Shown here piece after piece: positions 24,955-34,660 of a stretch of 43,144 bases of DNA. A model generated the notes under the pieces. That model worked only from the letters and a program-made list of their open reading frames with translations, ran no database searches and was not told where the DNA came from. This DNA comes from a virus (taxonomy: Duplodnaviria > Caudoviricetes). Numbering within the stretch: position 1 is the stretch's first letter; each line of letters starts with the position of its first letter. Made by a program: the position numbers and the translations under genes. The stretch spans positions 1-43,144 of IMG/VR virus record IMGVR_UViG_3300032257_000567; one strand, written 5' to 3'.

Positions 24955-26628
24955 ATGGCTTACTTTGTAATTTTAACTGACATAGGCGTAGCAAAATTTT
25001 CTGCAGCATTAGCAGCCAGTAGTAGTTTACAAATAACCGATATGGTGTTGGGTGATGGTGCGGGTAGTCCTATAACGCCATTAGCAACCTGGACCTCGTT
25101 AACTAACCAAATTTGGCAAGGTACAATTAATCGAGTTTATCAGTCGCCGGATGAAGTCGACGTGTTTGTTGCAGAAGGACAGGTACCCAAAACTGATGGT
25201 GGCTGGACAATTCGCGAAGTGGGTTTGCTAGACGGTGCGGGTGATTTAATCGCAGTGGGTAGTTTTCCGGAAAGATATAAGCCGCTAGAGTCTGAGGGTG
25301 CTTATGAGGATACGTATATTCGAGCGGAGTTCAAACAAAGCAATACTAGCACCGTAACGATTGTTGATAACCCCAGTGCAGTGATGGCTACACGACAATA
25401 TGTAGATGAAAGCGCTGCGAGTATAATGAATTCACATCATCCTTACTATTTATATTTGGCGCTCGGTATTTTACCGAAATTTCCAATGGGGAATGAAAAA
25501 AAATTAACGATTTCACCGCCAGCGGCTGGTGCGTCGTATGGCAAAGAATTGTCAATGTCTGCAAGCGGAAAACATGTCGCAGTGTATGGGTCTAAAACAA
25601 TCCATGTGTTAACACGGGGTAATGATGGTGTTTATGTTGTGCAGGATACGATTGTGCAAGCAAATATCACCTATGGACCGATAAAGATATCGGGTGATGG
25701 AAGAACAATAGCGAAGTGTGATAACAATGTAAGTCCAGATTCGGTTGACATCTATTACAAGAACAGTGCAGGGATCTGGAGCTTGCAGCAGCGAATTAGT
25801 AATCCGGGGGCTTTTGCATTCTTTGCGGAAGATATTGAGCTTTCGGCCACTGGCAGAAAATTGATCATTAATTCAATTATTGAAGATGATGGCGCTGTCA
25901 TTTCTGCGGGTGCTGTGTATGTCTTTGAGCGTGATGATGCAGGAGTATGGACTCAATCTCAACGTATTGTAGCTGATACGCCGATTGCTGGTGAGGGCTT
26001 TGGTAGTAGCTTGGCTTTGTCTGCAGATGAATCGACACTCGCTATTGGTGCAAAATACCATGACGGGACGCTAACGGGCCAGGGTGCGGTTTATGTTTTA
26101 ACGCTAAACTCCGGGGCTTATGGCAGCGAAACTCAGTTGATATTAGCGACACCAGGTACTAGCGATGAACTGGGTGATAGTGTCTCATTGTCAGCAACAG
26201 GTGATACATTGTTGGCGTGTGCATCGGGTGATGCGGCTGACAAGGGTGCAGCAATTATTTTTGATCGTGATGGCGCTGGTGTATGGACAGAAAATACAGC
26301 ATTGGTTGGTGCTGATTCGGTTGCCGGTGATCAGATCGGGTTGAAATGCAAGATTTCTGCAAACGGCAAAGTGGCGTTAATCGCTTCGGAATTGGCGGAT
26401 GTTGGTGCGAATAATTGGCAGGGAGCTGGTTACTTGTTTCAATGTGATAGTGCTGGGACGTGGTCGCAAGAAGTTAAACTGATTGCATCAGATGGCGCGG
26501 CAGATGATCGATTTGGTGTACGTATTGAGATGAGTGCAGATGCAAACTTGGTTTTAATGGGTGCATATAAAGCAAATGTTGGTGGTAATTCAATTCAGGG
26601 TGCCATGTATTCCTACCATCGAATATAA
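24955..26628 (+). CDS. Tail fibre (P2 H-like N-terminus) with FG-GAP-like beta-propeller repeats
   Basis: ILTDIG, GGWTIREVGL, MATRQYVD; repeats FGSSLALSAD..TLAIGA...GAVYV. Confidence 0.85.
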   Translation: MAYFVILTDIGVAKFSAALAASSSLQITDMVLGDGAGSPITPLATWTSLTNQIWQGTINRVYQSPDEVDVFVAEGQVPKTDGGWTIREVGLLDGAGDLIAVGSFPERYKPLESEGAYEDTYIRAEFKQSNTSTVTIVDNPSAVMATRQYVDESAASIMNSHHPYYLYLALGILPKFPMGNEKKLTISPPAAGASYGKELSMSASGKHVAVYGSKTIHVLTRGNDGVYVVQDTIVQANITYGPIKISGDGRTIAKCDNNVSPDSVDIYYKNSAGIWSLQQRISNPGAFAFFAEDIELSATGRKLIINSIIEDDGAVISAGAVYVFERDDAGVWTQSQRIVADTPIAGEGFGSSLALSADESTLAIGAKYHDGTLTGQGAVYVLTLNSGAYGSETQLILATPGTSDELGDSVSLSATGDTLLACASGDAADKGAAIIFDRDGAGVWTENTALVGADSVAGDQIGLKCKISANGKVALIASELADVGANNWQGAGYLFQCDSAGTWSQEVKLIASDGAADDRFGVRIEMSADANLVLMGAYKANVGGNSIQGAMYSYHRI

Positions 26629-26651
26629 ACAGTTAAAACATTTATAAACAG

Positions 26652-26673
26652 GAGCCAGTCGGCTCTTTTTTTT
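26652..26673 (+). terminator. Intrinsic terminator
   Basis: GAGCC-AGTC-GGCTC plus T8. Confidence 0.6.
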
Positions 26674-26714
26674 CGCCAGAAATAAATTAAAGTGGTTAAC
26701 AACAGGAGATAGTA

Positions 26715-28127
26715 ATGACATTTTTGCACGGCGTAGAGGTGATACAAATCAACAAGGGTGTGCGGCCAATACGTGCTGTGCGTGCGTCTGTGATTGGTCT
26801 GGTAGGTACTGCTCCAAAAGGCCCAATAAATGTGCCGACATTGATTACTGGATCACGAGCGGAAGGAATCACTCAATTTGGATCGAGTGTGGGAACAATA
26901 CCTGATGCGCTTGATGGTATTTTTGATCAAGCCGGTGCAATGGTGGTTGTGATTAATGTACTTGATCCAGCGGTTCATAAAAAAGCTATCGCCGCAAAAA
27001 ATTATACGTTTGATACCACAACTGAAAAGTTAACCGTTGATGAAAAATATGTATTAAGTCCGGTGGTGAAAACTACGGATGATGTGACTACCTATGTGCT
27101 AGACACGGATTATACGTTTGATAGTGATACTGGTGTTTTCACACGTTTAACTACTGGGGCAATTGCGGCCTCGGGAACGGTAAAAATTAATTACGATGTG
27201 CCGGATGAAACGGCTGTCAGCAATAGCGATATCATTGGTGCCATTGATGCAACAACGGGAAAATACACTGGATTAAAAGCATTACTCTCCGCTGAAAGTG
27301 ATGTGGGTGTACAGCCTAAGATATTGATTGCGCCAAGCTTTACGGGTGTAGTCGTAAAAACGGGTGATGTGGTTACGGGTGTGCCAGTAACGACCGAAAT
27401 GGTGTCCATTGCAGACTCATTACGTGCAGTCATTGTTGCCGACGGACCAAACGGGAATGATGCCAATGCCATGGAATATCGTGGTTTGTTTGGTAGCAAG
27501 CGAGTGTACGTGATTGATCCCTGGGTGAGTGTTCTTGATGAGACTGGCGCGGTGGTGGCTGAATCAGCAAGTGCCCGTGTCGCAGGCGTAATTGCGCGTA
27601 ACGATGCTGATGCTGGATATTATACATCGCCTAGTAATCAGATTATTAACGGCATCATCGGTACGACGCGAGCTATTGATTTTACACTTGGTGATGCAAA
27701 TTCACGTGCTAACTTATTAAACGAAAACGAAGTCGCAACCATCATTCAAAAAGATGGTTATCGCTTGTGGGGAAATCGCACTTGTTCCGGTGATGCGAAA
27801 TGGGCGTTTTTGTCACATGTGCGACTCGATGACATTATTATGGAAAGTATTCTACGCGCCCATATGTGGGCAGTGGATAAAAACATTACAAAAACTTACG
27901 CAGCCGATGTGTCGGATGGTGTTAACGCGTTTCTGGCTCAGTTGCAAGGTGTAGGCGCAATTTCTGGTGGTAACTGTTGGTATGATGAAGATTTAAATAC
28001 AGCAGCCACTATGGAAAATGGTCAGGTCTATTTCAATGTGGATTATGGTCGTTATGGGGTGGCAGAAAATGTGAAATTTCGGGCTGCTGTAAACAGTGAT
28101 TATACCATCGATCGATTAACGGCATAA
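26715..28127 (+). CDS. Contractile tail sheath protein (FI-like)
   Basis: FLHGVEV, VIGLVGTAP, SPSN, ANLLNE, GYRLWGNRT. Confidence 0.95.
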   Translation: MTFLHGVEVIQINKGVRPIRAVRASVIGLVGTAPKGPINVPTLITGSRAEGITQFGSSVGTIPDALDGIFDQAGAMVVVINVLDPAVHKKAIAAKNYTFDTTTEKLTVDEKYVLSPVVKTTDDVTTYVLDTDYTFDSDTGVFTRLTTGAIAASGTVKINYDVPDETAVSNSDIIGAIDATTGKYTGLKALLSAESDVGVQPKILIAPSFTGVVVKTGDVVTGVPVTTEMVSIADSLRAVIVADGPNGNDANAMEYRGLFGSKRVYVIDPWVSVLDETGAVVAESASARVAGVIARNDADAGYYTSPSNQIINGIIGTTRAIDFTLGDANSRANLLNENEVATIIQKDGYRLWGNRTCSGDAKWAFLSHVRLDDIIMESILRAHMWAVDKNITKTYAADVSDGVNAFLAQLQGVGAISGGNCWYDEDLNTAATMENGQVYFNVDYGRYGVAENVKFRAAVNSDYTIDRLTA

Positions 28128-28156
28128 ACGAACAGCAGCATAAAGGAGTTTGTAAA

Positions 28157-28663
28157 ATGGCAACACCAGAAATTTTGAAAAATTTTAATGTCTTTGTTGA
28201 TGGGCTTGGTTACGCGGGTAAAGTCACCGAAGTTGTTCCTCCGAAATTGACAGTTATTACAGATGAGCATAAAGCCGGTGGTATGGATGCAGGCATTGAT
28301 ATTGATATGGGTATGGAAAAACTTCTGTGGGAATTTACCACGGCAGAAATGTCAGCATCGATTCTAAAGCAATTCGGCATAATAAAAGGCGCAAATATTC
28401 CTCTAACACTTCGCGGTGCTGTCCAGGGTGATGCTGGTGTGGTGGTGCCTATTGTGATTAATAGTCGCGTGATGATTGTTGAAGTTGATAAAGGCACCTG
28501 GAAGGCGGGTGAAAAATCTCAAATGAAAGTGAGCCTTTCATCACGAGCATATAAAGAGACACATGCTGGGGAAGTATTGATTGATATTGATGTGGACAAT
28601 ATGACGCGCGTGATTAATGGTGTTGATCAACTGGCCGATCAGCGTGCCGCGATTGGTTTGTAA
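28157..28663 (+). CDS. Tail tube protein (FII-like)
   Basis: LKNFNVFVDG.GY.G, PKL, GGMD, INGVDQLA..RAAIGL. Confidence 0.95.
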   Translation: MATPEILKNFNVFVDGLGYAGKVTEVVPPKLTVITDEHKAGGMDAGIDIDMGMEKLLWEFTTAEMSASILKQFGIIKGANIPLTLRGAVQGDAGVVVPIVINSRVMIVEVDKGTWKAGEKSQMKVSLSSRAYKETHAGEVLIDIDVDNMTRVINGVDQLADQRAAIGL

Positions 28664-28691
28664 AATAGTCAATACTTTGTTGTAAGTAGCG

Positions 28692-28713
28692 GCCGCTTTA
28701 AGCGGCTTTTTTT
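28692..28713 (+). terminator. Intrinsic terminator
   Basis: GCCGCTT-T-AAGCGGC plus T7. Confidence 0.65.
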
Positions 28714-28737
28714 ATGTGAAAATTGATGGGTGATTGT

Positions 28738-29061
28738 ATGTCAAAAGCGTTAGTTGAATTTGGTGATTTAGACGGTGGTGATAAGACAGTTGACAAAGAT
28801 AATCCATTGCCAGCGGAATCGCCAAAGTCAACAACACAAGTGTTGGTGACACCAAGTAACGACACAGTATTAGCGCCAACTCCGAAAAAAATCCGAGTCG
28901 AAGGAGTAGGAAATATTGCGCTAGTTGGTGTTGGGGATGATGACTCTGCAGTGCAGATATGGAGTATTGCAGGAATGGAAGTGATTGACGAAATTGAGGT
29001 TAAGAAAGTCATGGCAGCGGGCACTGATTCTGGCAATTTGAAAATTATTGGGTTGTATTAA
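28738..29061 (+). CDS. Head-spike base protein-like (RcGTA Rcc01079-like)
   Basis: VTPSND..L...KIRV.G.GNIAL...VKKVMAAGT...IIGLY pattern, matched from memory of the family. Confidence 0.6.
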   Translation: MSKALVEFGDLDGGDKTVDKDNPLPAESPKSTTQVLVTPSNDTVLAPTPKKIRVEGVGNIALVGVGDDDSAVQIWSIAGMEVIDEIEVKKVMAAGTDSGNLKIIGLY

Positions 29062-29063
29062 TT

Positions 29064-31736
29064 ATGTCAATGCCGTTCGTTGGTAAACGTAATAAAAAAC
29101 GTGATAATGTGGTTCTTGCTGCGCCTTTGACGTATTTTTCTACAGCTGTTCGCGGTCAATTATCATCGATCAATTGCTCAAATCCAGCCACAGTTGATTA
29201 TTTAGGTAGAAAAAAAACATTACATGATAATGAATCGGCTCATTTCGGGGCTAGAGCTGAAGATAATTTATTAGCGGGTATTTGCTCAAGTAACGATATC
29301 AACGATGGAAAATGGAGTGCAGTGAATAGCGCGACCATTATTGATCAGACTACGTTTACAACCGGCGATACAACATCATACATTAGAGTACCTCAATTAG
29401 GTCAGCCATTAGCCGCTGGTGAGTCAATTGTCGTTAGAACAAAAATAAGAACAGATAGCGAGACAGCTGGAATTCGTTACAAGATGACCGAATCAGACGG
29501 CTCAACAACAGCTGGTTCATATGTAGTAATAGGGACAACTAAGAAAATTTTTTCTCAGGAATTAACAGCGGTCGGTGATGGGATAGATCTTTGGATCTGG
29601 ATACAATGTGATACATCCGGCGTAACCATCACAGTAGAAGATATTGCAGTGCATAATACAACTGGTGAAACCGACACCTCACTACCGCCTGAGTTTATCA
29701 GTGCAAATGTTGGGTTGGGAAGTGAGTTAGTTAGCAATGGCACGTTTGATAGTAATATCGATGGGTTTAGCGCTAATGATGCAGAAGCGGTAGTCTCTTG
29801 GGACTCAGGCACTATAAAAGTTTTCAATAGCGATGCATCAGTGTCAGAAGCAAGAACAACTATCAACACAGTTGTTGGTCATCAGTACATATTTAAAGTG
29901 GATTATATTAAGGATATAGCTGGCGGCGTAGTTAGACTTGGTTCATCAGCAGGTATTAATGATGTAATGGATTCGGGCAATATTTCAGAAACACAAACAT
30001 ATGTTGCAATATTTACAGCAACATCATCTGTCACACATATTTCACTGAAAACCAATTCCCCAACAATAAATTTATATACAAATTGGGATAACCTATCTGT
30101 GAAAACACTATCACATAATGTGGGTGGAAACGGGATTAAATGTTTTTCAACAACCAAAAAACACATTAATGTAAATTCAAAAAGTGAAGTGAGTTATACA
30201 GATTTTAATCACCTAGAAGTTCATTGTTGGGGTGATAGCATGATAGGCCAGGGTTCGCCAAACACATTGTATTCTATGGCCGAGGATTATTTTGACACTG
30301 CATACAATGGTGGAGTCGGCGGCGAAACATCGACACAGGTTAAAGCTAGATTTGATGCTGATAGCAATAAATCGACAAGAGCGCAAATCATATGGGCGGG
30401 TCGAAATAATTACGGTGATCCAAATCAGGTTATCGCTGATATTGAAGCAATGATCGCAGATATTCCACATAACAACTTTATCATTGTATCGGTATTTAAT
30501 GGTGATTACGGAGGTTACGATATACCTGGTGGCCCAGGCTACATAAACATGACAACGATCAACGATTATTTTAATACTAATTATCCTCAACATTACGCTG
30601 ATGCTAGAACAGAAGTTGTCAATAGTTATGATCCGCTACAAGCTCAGGATGTTATAGATTTTAACAACGATACACCACCAGCATCTTTACGCGTAGATCA
30701 ATTACATTTAACTAGTGCAGGTTCGTTGATTGCAAACAATAAAATATTGGAAGTGCAACAATCATTAGTTAACTATCAAACTCAAATTGATGAAGGTGAC
30801 TTGAAGGGTTTACAGTGTGCGCCGGGATCAACAAATAAATGTACTAATTATAATCTTAATCCAGATTCCGCACTTACGCTGATTGGCGTTGAAAGTGGAA
30901 CAGGGACACTCTCAAGAGTTATTGATAACACTAATTTAAGTGCAGACTTAGATGGTGAGCTAGATTTGGCGTGTAACAGTGGTTATGTTTTTAAATACGT
31001 AGCTTCTGCGGATAGTGTGATTTTGTTTTATGGGTCGTGCAACAACACTAACATACACACAGGGTCGATTTACGCGAAAATTTCAGGGGGAAATGGCGAG
31101 TTGAGATTGGCGACAATTAAACTCGCGGATATAACATCACCAACATATAAACGTGTGTGGGGCACTTCTAACCCACTATCTTCAGTAAATATTTTAAAAC
31201 TATTTGTGCCCGCCGGAGAAACTGCGCATTTTGTTGGCAATCAATTGGAAGAATTACCATTTGCTACATACCCCATAGAAACACTGGGCGACACTGGTTC
31301 GCGTGGACCAATGGTTTACGCATATGATTGGTTTTCAGGTTTTGTAAATAGATTTGGATTAAAATTAAAGTTTTTTTATCAAGGTTACAATGACGATGTA
31401 AGCTCCTATATTTTCGGCATTGGCACAGCAACAGACAGGTTAGAAGCGTTTATTTCAGCGTCAACGCAGAAGTTAGCACTTGTAGCACGTGTTGATAATG
31501 TAGCGTATGTAATACAAAGTGACGCAGCTTTGGTCGTTGGACAAACATATGTATTTGAACCGATTTATAAAAATGGATTATCAATGAAAATTGACAACGT
31601 GATGCAATCTGATACCGACTCGATATCAGATGATTTTGGCTGGGGCGATACAGAAATATTTTATGTTGGCGGAAATTATCAGGGTGTCAATAATCAATTT
31701 TGCTGTATTGAGGGTTTGGTGGCTCAAATATTATGA
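29064..31736 (+). CDS. Head-spike-fibre-like protein with carbohydrate-binding-like modules and an SGNH/GDSL esterase domain
   Basis: GL...PGSTN and GNQLEELPFATYPIET spike-fibre-like motifs; ELVSNGTFDS module; GDSM, NGGVGGETS, AGRNN, DQLH; LamG-like C-terminus. Confidence 0.7.
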   Translation: MSMPFVGKRNKKRDNVVLAAPLTYFSTAVRGQLSSINCSNPATVDYLGRKKTLHDNESAHFGARAEDNLLAGICSSNDINDGKWSAVNSATIIDQTTFTTGDTTSYIRVPQLGQPLAAGESIVVRTKIRTDSETAGIRYKMTESDGSTTAGSYVVIGTTKKIFSQELTAVGDGIDLWIWIQCDTSGVTITVEDIAVHNTTGETDTSLPPEFISANVGLGSELVSNGTFDSNIDGFSANDAEAVVSWDSGTIKVFNSDASVSEARTTINTVVGHQYIFKVDYIKDIAGGVVRLGSSAGINDVMDSGNISETQTYVAIFTATSSVTHISLKTNSPTINLYTNWDNLSVKTLSHNVGGNGIKCFSTTKKHINVNSKSEVSYTDFNHLEVHCWGDSMIGQGSPNTLYSMAEDYFDTAYNGGVGGETSTQVKARFDADSNKSTRAQIIWAGRNNYGDPNQVIADIEAMIADIPHNNFIIVSVFNGDYGGYDIPGGPGYINMTTINDYFNTNYPQHYADARTEVVNSYDPLQAQDVIDFNNDTPPASLRVDQLHLTSAGSLIANNKILEVQQSLVNYQTQIDEGDLKGLQCAPGSTNKCTNYNLNPDSALTLIGVESGTGTLSRVIDNTNLSADLDGELDLACNSGYVFKYVASADSVILFYGSCNNTNIHTGSIYAKISGGNGELRLATIKLADITSPTYKRVWGTSNPLSSVNILKLFVPAGETAHFVGNQLEELPFATYPIETLGDTGSRGPMVYAYDWFSGFVNRFGLKLKFFYQGYNDDVSSYIFGIGTATDRLEAFISASTQKLALVARVDNVAYVIQSDAALVVGQTYVFEPIYKNGLSMKIDNVMQSDTDSISDDFGWGDTEIFYVGGNYQGVNNQFCCIEGLVAQIL

Positions 31737-34660
31737 AATTAAAACGCTGGTTATCAGTTTTATTTATTGGTATGTCGTTTCTGTTGGCGAGTGGTACTGC
31801 AAACGCAACAATGTACTATGTTAGCTCTACAGGTAATGATGACAATACTGGTACGTCTGTCGGCGCGTCATGGCGGACGGTTGCAAAGGTTAATAGCACG
31901 GTCAATACAAATGGTGACGATGTTTATTTTGAATGCGGGGCGTCATGGAAAGAGGCATTGAAGGTTGACTGGGGCGGTGTTGATAACGCGAATAGAACAG
32001 TGATTAGTTCGTACTATGGCGCAACACCAATAATCAGCGACTGTGCGTCTGGTGGGTTTGAAAAACCGCAACTGGTTGGCGCTTATGGAGACGATCCGTC
32101 GCTGTATGGAATAATGACTGGCGCAATCCCTGTGGGATGGTATACGGGTTTGATACATGTGCAGAAGAGTTACGTCACAGTGAGTGACATGTGGGTATAC
32201 AATTCATCAAATGCGCAAATATATATTGATGGTACGGACAGCGGTAATCAGGCTGATTTTGTTATTATAGAAAATAACATTGCACAGGATGCATGTGGAC
32301 AGGGCATTATTGCTAAACGTTTCACTGATAGAATAATTATAAGAAATAATCAGCAAAGCGGTGGTGCATTATGTGTTAGAGATGGTGTGTGGAAAAAAGT
32401 CAACAATCACCCGGTTGTTAATGGATTTGTCGAGTCTGATCAGGGGATATTTGAATCTAATATCATCCATGGTAATTATGGCGAAAACATCACGACGTTT
32501 GAGGGCGCAACATATAATATTATTAGAGATAATACCGTTTTTTGTTCTAATTGGACGTATTTTCAAACAGATGCCAGCCGGAACAATGTCTGGGAGCGCA
32601 ATGTTGCTATCGGTTGTAGTGATCCCGAATTTTTAGAAACCGGCGGTTATGCGCGACATGCATTTAATATAAATGTGGAAAATAATGGTGTCGGGGGTAA
32701 TTCAACGGGGAACCTGATACGCAACAATATTATTGTTGGTTTTAATGCCTGTCTGAATATTACAATGCAGAAAAACGCGAGGAGTTTGCTACGTCAAGTT
32801 GGTTTTGATTTTTTGGGTAATACTTGCGTCGGTAATAATTACACATTCAGGAGCTCTTTTTTAACAAACGCGCTGATTGAGCCATCAACAATAAAAAATA
32901 ATATTTTTACAGAAAATGCATCCGATTGTTTTGTTGTTCCAGGTGGCACTGAGTCAGCTATCGACAATACTGTTAATTTATCAGAGATAGACGCTAATTA
33001 TAACCACTGGGATCTCGGCGCAAACGTCACAGCTAACACAATATCATTTACCAATGCGACAAACACAATAGATGACTCGGCAAATGGTTTTGGATCATTT
33101 GCAAGTGGTATGGCGATACGAGTCTCAGGCACTGTCAGTAATAATGGCATTTATACGACCAGTAGCGCGACTGCAGGCAGTATTATTGTTAACGAAACAT
33201 TGGTTGATGAATCAGCAGGCGGCAGCTTTACTATCGAACAAACAACGGATGATCTGGATTGCGTCGGGTTAAATGATGTCAACGGTGATCCGTTGTTATC
33301 TAATATTGACTGGGTTAATCAGTCCGGTGCTATCACAAATTCATGGGTGTCTCCCCAGGCAGGTAGTGGCGCACTAGATGCCGGTGTCGATATTTTTTCT
33401 ACGGCATTAACTGCGGGTGATTATCCGCAAACGTCCGATCTATTGGATAGTGTTTTAGATTTAACGTATTTATCAACAGACTTTTTAAAAAATGCCCGCG
33501 TGACAACGACAATGGGCGCGTTAGAAGGGGCAATATCCGAACCTGTTGAAATCAGTGTTTTCCCCGCAAAATATGAGGCCGGTACCGGTGCCGATGTTGT
33601 TGTAGCGTCTGGCACATGGAAACAGGAGGACTATCGCGATGCAGATACCTCAAACACAAACAATACAACAAATACAATTATCGGCACCGTTGATCAGGAT
33701 TTACACAATACATGGCGACAATGCAATTGTGATGTTACGTATCAAATCAGGTTGCCCAATGGCAACTATGATTTTACATTTACGGGACAGGAGCCATACC
33801 ATGGGATTGCAGCAAACTCAGGCATATGTGATTACTCGGGATCATACAGAACATTTGATTATCAGGTTCAAGATAAGCCGCGCGTTTCCGGTTTTAATTA
33901 TTGCTCCATAGCTGGCGCGCCGAACAAATTAGTAACAACCGTTGTTTCAAACGTTAACGTGACTGATAACTATTTAACGTTTAAGTTGTTTAAGGTGGGC
34001 GATGCAGGTAAGCCGCTGTGGACATCATGGAAAGTTACAACAGCAGCACCAACAGGAAACACAATAACGGTAAACAATCCAAATATTTCTATTAGTAGAG
34101 ATAATATTAATGGCAATGATATTTATATAGATCCGGTTGTACTGTGCCAGGTAAACAGCACGGCGGTTGATCCGTTGTATATTTCAAGCATAACAACAAC
34201 GGGATTGACATCAGGATCAGCAACAATAGATCCTGATGATAATTCATTATTAATTTATTACCCCGCTAGTGGCTCGACATTCGGCAATGTAGGGTCAATC
34301 ACAAGCATCACATTTGCGGACGGCGAGGACACAGATACCTGTGATATCGATGACCTGACATTAACGCAGGTCGCAATCGGTACTATTAGTTTCACAGCAC
34401 AGGCCCACAACGGCACTGGGCGCGTAAAAATGACGAGTCAAACCGGCATCAATTATTGGCTGATTAACCTGTCCAGGGATGCTGTGCCCATCGATGGAAT
34501 TGATGAAACAACCGATGTGAATGGTGTGTTTGAGTATTCTGCAGAAAACGTGATACCCGGTGATAACTATCGTGCGGTGTTAATGATTCCAGGTTGGTCA
34601 ACATTCGGCACTAATACCACTCACAATCGAATACATACAAGAGAATTTACGGCTCAGTAA
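31733..34660 (+). CDS. Signal-peptide-bearing right-handed beta-helix protein with a malectin-like domain
   Basis: ANA-TMYYVSSTGNDDNTG...WRT..KVN start; repeated IIENN/IIRNN/IIRDN; YQIRLPNGNY...EPY...RTFD...VTDNYL. Confidence 0.75.
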   Translation: MKLKRWLSVLFIGMSFLLASGTANATMYYVSSTGNDDNTGTSVGASWRTVAKVNSTVNTNGDDVYFECGASWKEALKVDWGGVDNANRTVISSYYGATPIISDCASGGFEKPQLVGAYGDDPSLYGIMTGAIPVGWYTGLIHVQKSYVTVSDMWVYNSSNAQIYIDGTDSGNQADFVIIENNIAQDACGQGIIAKRFTDRIIIRNNQQSGGALCVRDGVWKKVNNHPVVNGFVESDQGIFESNIIHGNYGENITTFEGATYNIIRDNTVFCSNWTYFQTDASRNNVWERNVAIGCSDPEFLETGGYARHAFNINVENNGVGGNSTGNLIRNNIIVGFNACLNITMQKNARSLLRQVGFDFLGNTCVGNNYTFRSSFLTNALIEPSTIKNNIFTENASDCFVVPGGTESAIDNTVNLSEIDANYNHWDLGANVTANTISFTNATNTIDDSANGFGSFASGMAIRVSGTVSNNGIYTTSSATAGSIIVNETLVDESAGGSFTIEQTTDDLDCVGLNDVNGDPLLSNIDWVNQSGAITNSWVSPQAGSGALDAGVDIFSTALTAGDYPQTSDLLDSVLDLTYLSTDFLKNARVTTTMGALEGAISEPVEISVFPAKYEAGTGADVVVASGTWKQEDYRDADTSNTNNTTNTIIGTVDQDLHNTWRQCNCDVTYQIRLPNGNYDFTFTGQEPYHGIAANSGICDYSGSYRTFDYQVQDKPRVSGFNYCSIAGAPNKLVTTVVSNVNVTDNYLTFKLFKVGDAGKPLWTSWKVTTAAPTGNTITVNNPNISISRDNINGNDIYIDPVVLCQVNSTAVDPLYISSITTTGLTSGSATIDPDDNSLLIYYPASGSTFGNVGSITSITFADGEDTDTCDIDDLTLTQVAIGTISFTAQAHNGTGRVKMTSQTGINYWLINLSRDAVPIDGIDETTDVNGVFEYSAENVIPGDNYRAVLMIPGWSTFGTNTTHNRIHTREFTAQ

